Shown: positions 62,325-64,000 of the stretch, piece after piece | Layout of the letters: every line of letters starts with the position of its first letter | Position numbering within the stretch: the stretch's first letter is position 1 | Origin: Anthoceros angustus | Taxonomy: Eukaryota > Plantae > Anthocerotophyta | Assembly (NCBI GenBank): GCA_010909165.1 | Contig: VJWM01000019.1 | Location: forward strand, 744,001 to 808,000 | Direction of reading: 5' to 3' | DNA: 64,000 nt | The notes under the pieces: model-generated | Told to the model about the DNA's origin: nothing | The model's database searches: none | What the model saw: the letters and a program-made list of their open reading frames with translations, nothing else | Position numbers and translations under genes: made by a program

Positions 62325-63165
62325 GACCCACGTTCAACAGCCATTGCAGGCAGGTCAGATCAAACGCTTGACCCAGCAGCTTGCATCGATATGTTTCAGA
62401 AATGCCCCGCGTGATGGTCCCGTCCGCATCAAACCCCATGGCCCTTTCGCGCTCCATCACTGTGGGCTCACCTACCTCATTTCCAAGCGAGATCCACCAC
62501 GGTGCCGTCCCCGCCTCTCCGAAAGGCATAAGATTGGGCAGTCCTTACGAGTGTGGGCCAGGCCCTTCTCGGCTTCCCAACCTTATTTACGGGAAATCGT
62601 GGAGGTTTGTCCATCTTCCGCACCGGCTGTGAGCGTCTGCCCTTTTCTAAGATGTCATCCACATATCGTTTCTCTGGTTTGGTCAACTCACGGTGTTGCC
62701 TGAGAACCTCTACACCGGTCACGTTTGTCCAAAAACTTCGCACCCGGTGGGCGTATGAGCCCGTTTGCGCAGCATCAATAATGAATTCCTCTCCTATCCA
62801 ACTTCTGAGCTGCTCGTAGCCTCCTCACATGTTCACGCTTATCGAATGCTCCGCACATTCTCCGTACGTACGGCAAGTGGGATTGATTGTACTTCCTTGA
62901 ATCCGATTATATGACCACTTCCACCGTCACCTTTCCACAACCGGCCGAAGCGTCACGCATTCCCATCCTGGCGGCATATCGACCGGGCACGCGCTTCGGT
63001 GTCGTTTCCCTACCAATCTGACGTCGTGGGGTAACCTGCTCTGACATCCCTTCACTGCCTCCATGCTTAGTAGTCCGGGATACGCCCTTTGCATCCTGAT
63101 AATCCTGGATTTGGCTACTGCACGTGTCTTCTCGTCCACTTCAACACACGTGTATTGTTGAATAA
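62325..63165 (-). pseudogene. DNMT3-like methyltransferase domain of copy 2, lacking motif I (truncated at ~63165)
   Basis: YTCVEVDEKTRAVAKSRI; GWEC; EEFIIDAAQTGSYAHRVRSFWTNV; ERERAMGF; RCKLLGQAFDLTCLQWLL. Confidence 0.85.
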
Positions 63166-64000
63166 CGAAGGGTTATTTAATGTTTATAACCTACATTAGG
63201 GTTAAGTGTTTTAGGGTTACGAAAACACATTGTATATAAGACGCTTTGATTGCGATTAAATGTAGTAGTTGTTGTGTTCTTGCTTTCGTGTATTGTTTTA
63301 GTGTCTTGCACACATGCTCGTAAATTAGCATGGTATCGAGTGTCTGTAGTCACATGGCGATTGTAGTCTAGATTCAATGCAATTGGCATTGTCTCACGCA
63401 TCCTAGCACAAGTACACTACAAGAAGGGCCGCACACCGATCATCTTTGGTGTAAGAACCGGGATGACACGGAGGAGGAGGTCTTTGGGTCCTCACGGCTT
63501 TAGGAGGAACAACAATCCTGCCCAAAGCCAAAGATCAGAAACGGGACATCAAGCTTCTTCAAGTGTCTTCCCACCACTTCGATGCACGGATGTTGAGTAC
63601 CATCGTGCTGAAGGGGCCAACCTCCCAACTCCTCGCGTGAATCCTGCACAAGAATTCAGAGAACGGGATGCAGCAATCAGATCTCGTGCTGATAGTGGCG
63701 AACTTCATCGGCAACTAATCTACATTAGAATTGCAGTATTGGAAGAACGCTGAGTCGATCAATTCTTCAGAAATCTTATACGAGTGACCGGGATGAATGT
63801 TGCTCGGCACCATTTACGATTTGCTCCAAGCCGACCAGCGTTCTAGCATCCCTGATGCCCACACTTGAGAGTTTGGGCTCCCTACCTTGCTGATGTTACC
63901 AGATCTGAAACGTCACAATCTTCAGAGGAAGGTGGTAACGAAAGGGCGCAGCTTTGCTTCCTGCCTGTTTTCTTCTTGACACGGAGGATGGTTGCAGCCC

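Larger units (their letters stand above)
57116..63165 (-). mobile_element. Ty3/gypsy copy 2, a diverged relative nested in copy 1: DNMT (5'-truncated), RT, RNase H, INT, PHD, ORF-X, terminal block
   Basis: Starts TGTCACG at 57116. RT CYVDDILVFS (~61.35-62.0 kb); RNase H (~61.0-61.3 kb); HVTLGHFGVKRT; PHD remnants (~59.42-59.56 kb). Many indels. Confidence 0.9.

Noticed and set aside
63190-63225. TTAGGG-like repeats as a telomere or healed chromosome break
   Set aside because: Only two or three degenerate units, with ordinary sequence continuing beyond.
63463-64000. gag or 5' part of the DNMT-gypsy
   Set aside because: No capsid or zinc-knuckle motif recognisable on either strand, and it is separated from the DNMT by unrelated AT-rich DNA.

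Overview
Eukaryotic nuclear DNA from a non-seed land plant. A hornwort is the best guess, based on short introns, a WW-type PLS-PPR gene and an NLR with a MAEPL-like N-terminus; this was not confirmed by search. Host genes: a BIM-type bHLH (~15.4-18.9 kb), an RPW8/CC-like NB-ARC-LRR (25.3-29.5 kb, minus) lying head-to-head with a very long PLS-PPR gene that ends in a degenerate DYW domain (29.9-35.25 kb), and a frameshifted secreted bulb-type lectin (35.9-36.3 kb). The rest is a mosaic of transposons: PIF/Harbinger, hAT, LINE, two Copia remnants, CACTA ends, and captured TFIIB, ABCB and BT1 fragments, plus tandem repeats. Main result: two nested, diverged Ty3/gypsy elements (49.4-57.1 kb and 57.1-63.2 kb, minus). 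In both, pol carries a DNMT3-like C5 cytosine methyltransferase domain just upstream of RT (between protease and RT in copy 1) and a PHD finger after integrase, followed by a conserved accessory ORF of unknown family and an unusual terminal block with internal direct repeats. Many frameshifts are 1-nt indels in homopolymers, so long-read error may mimic pseudogenisation. All calls are by eye; coordinates of degenerate features are approximate.
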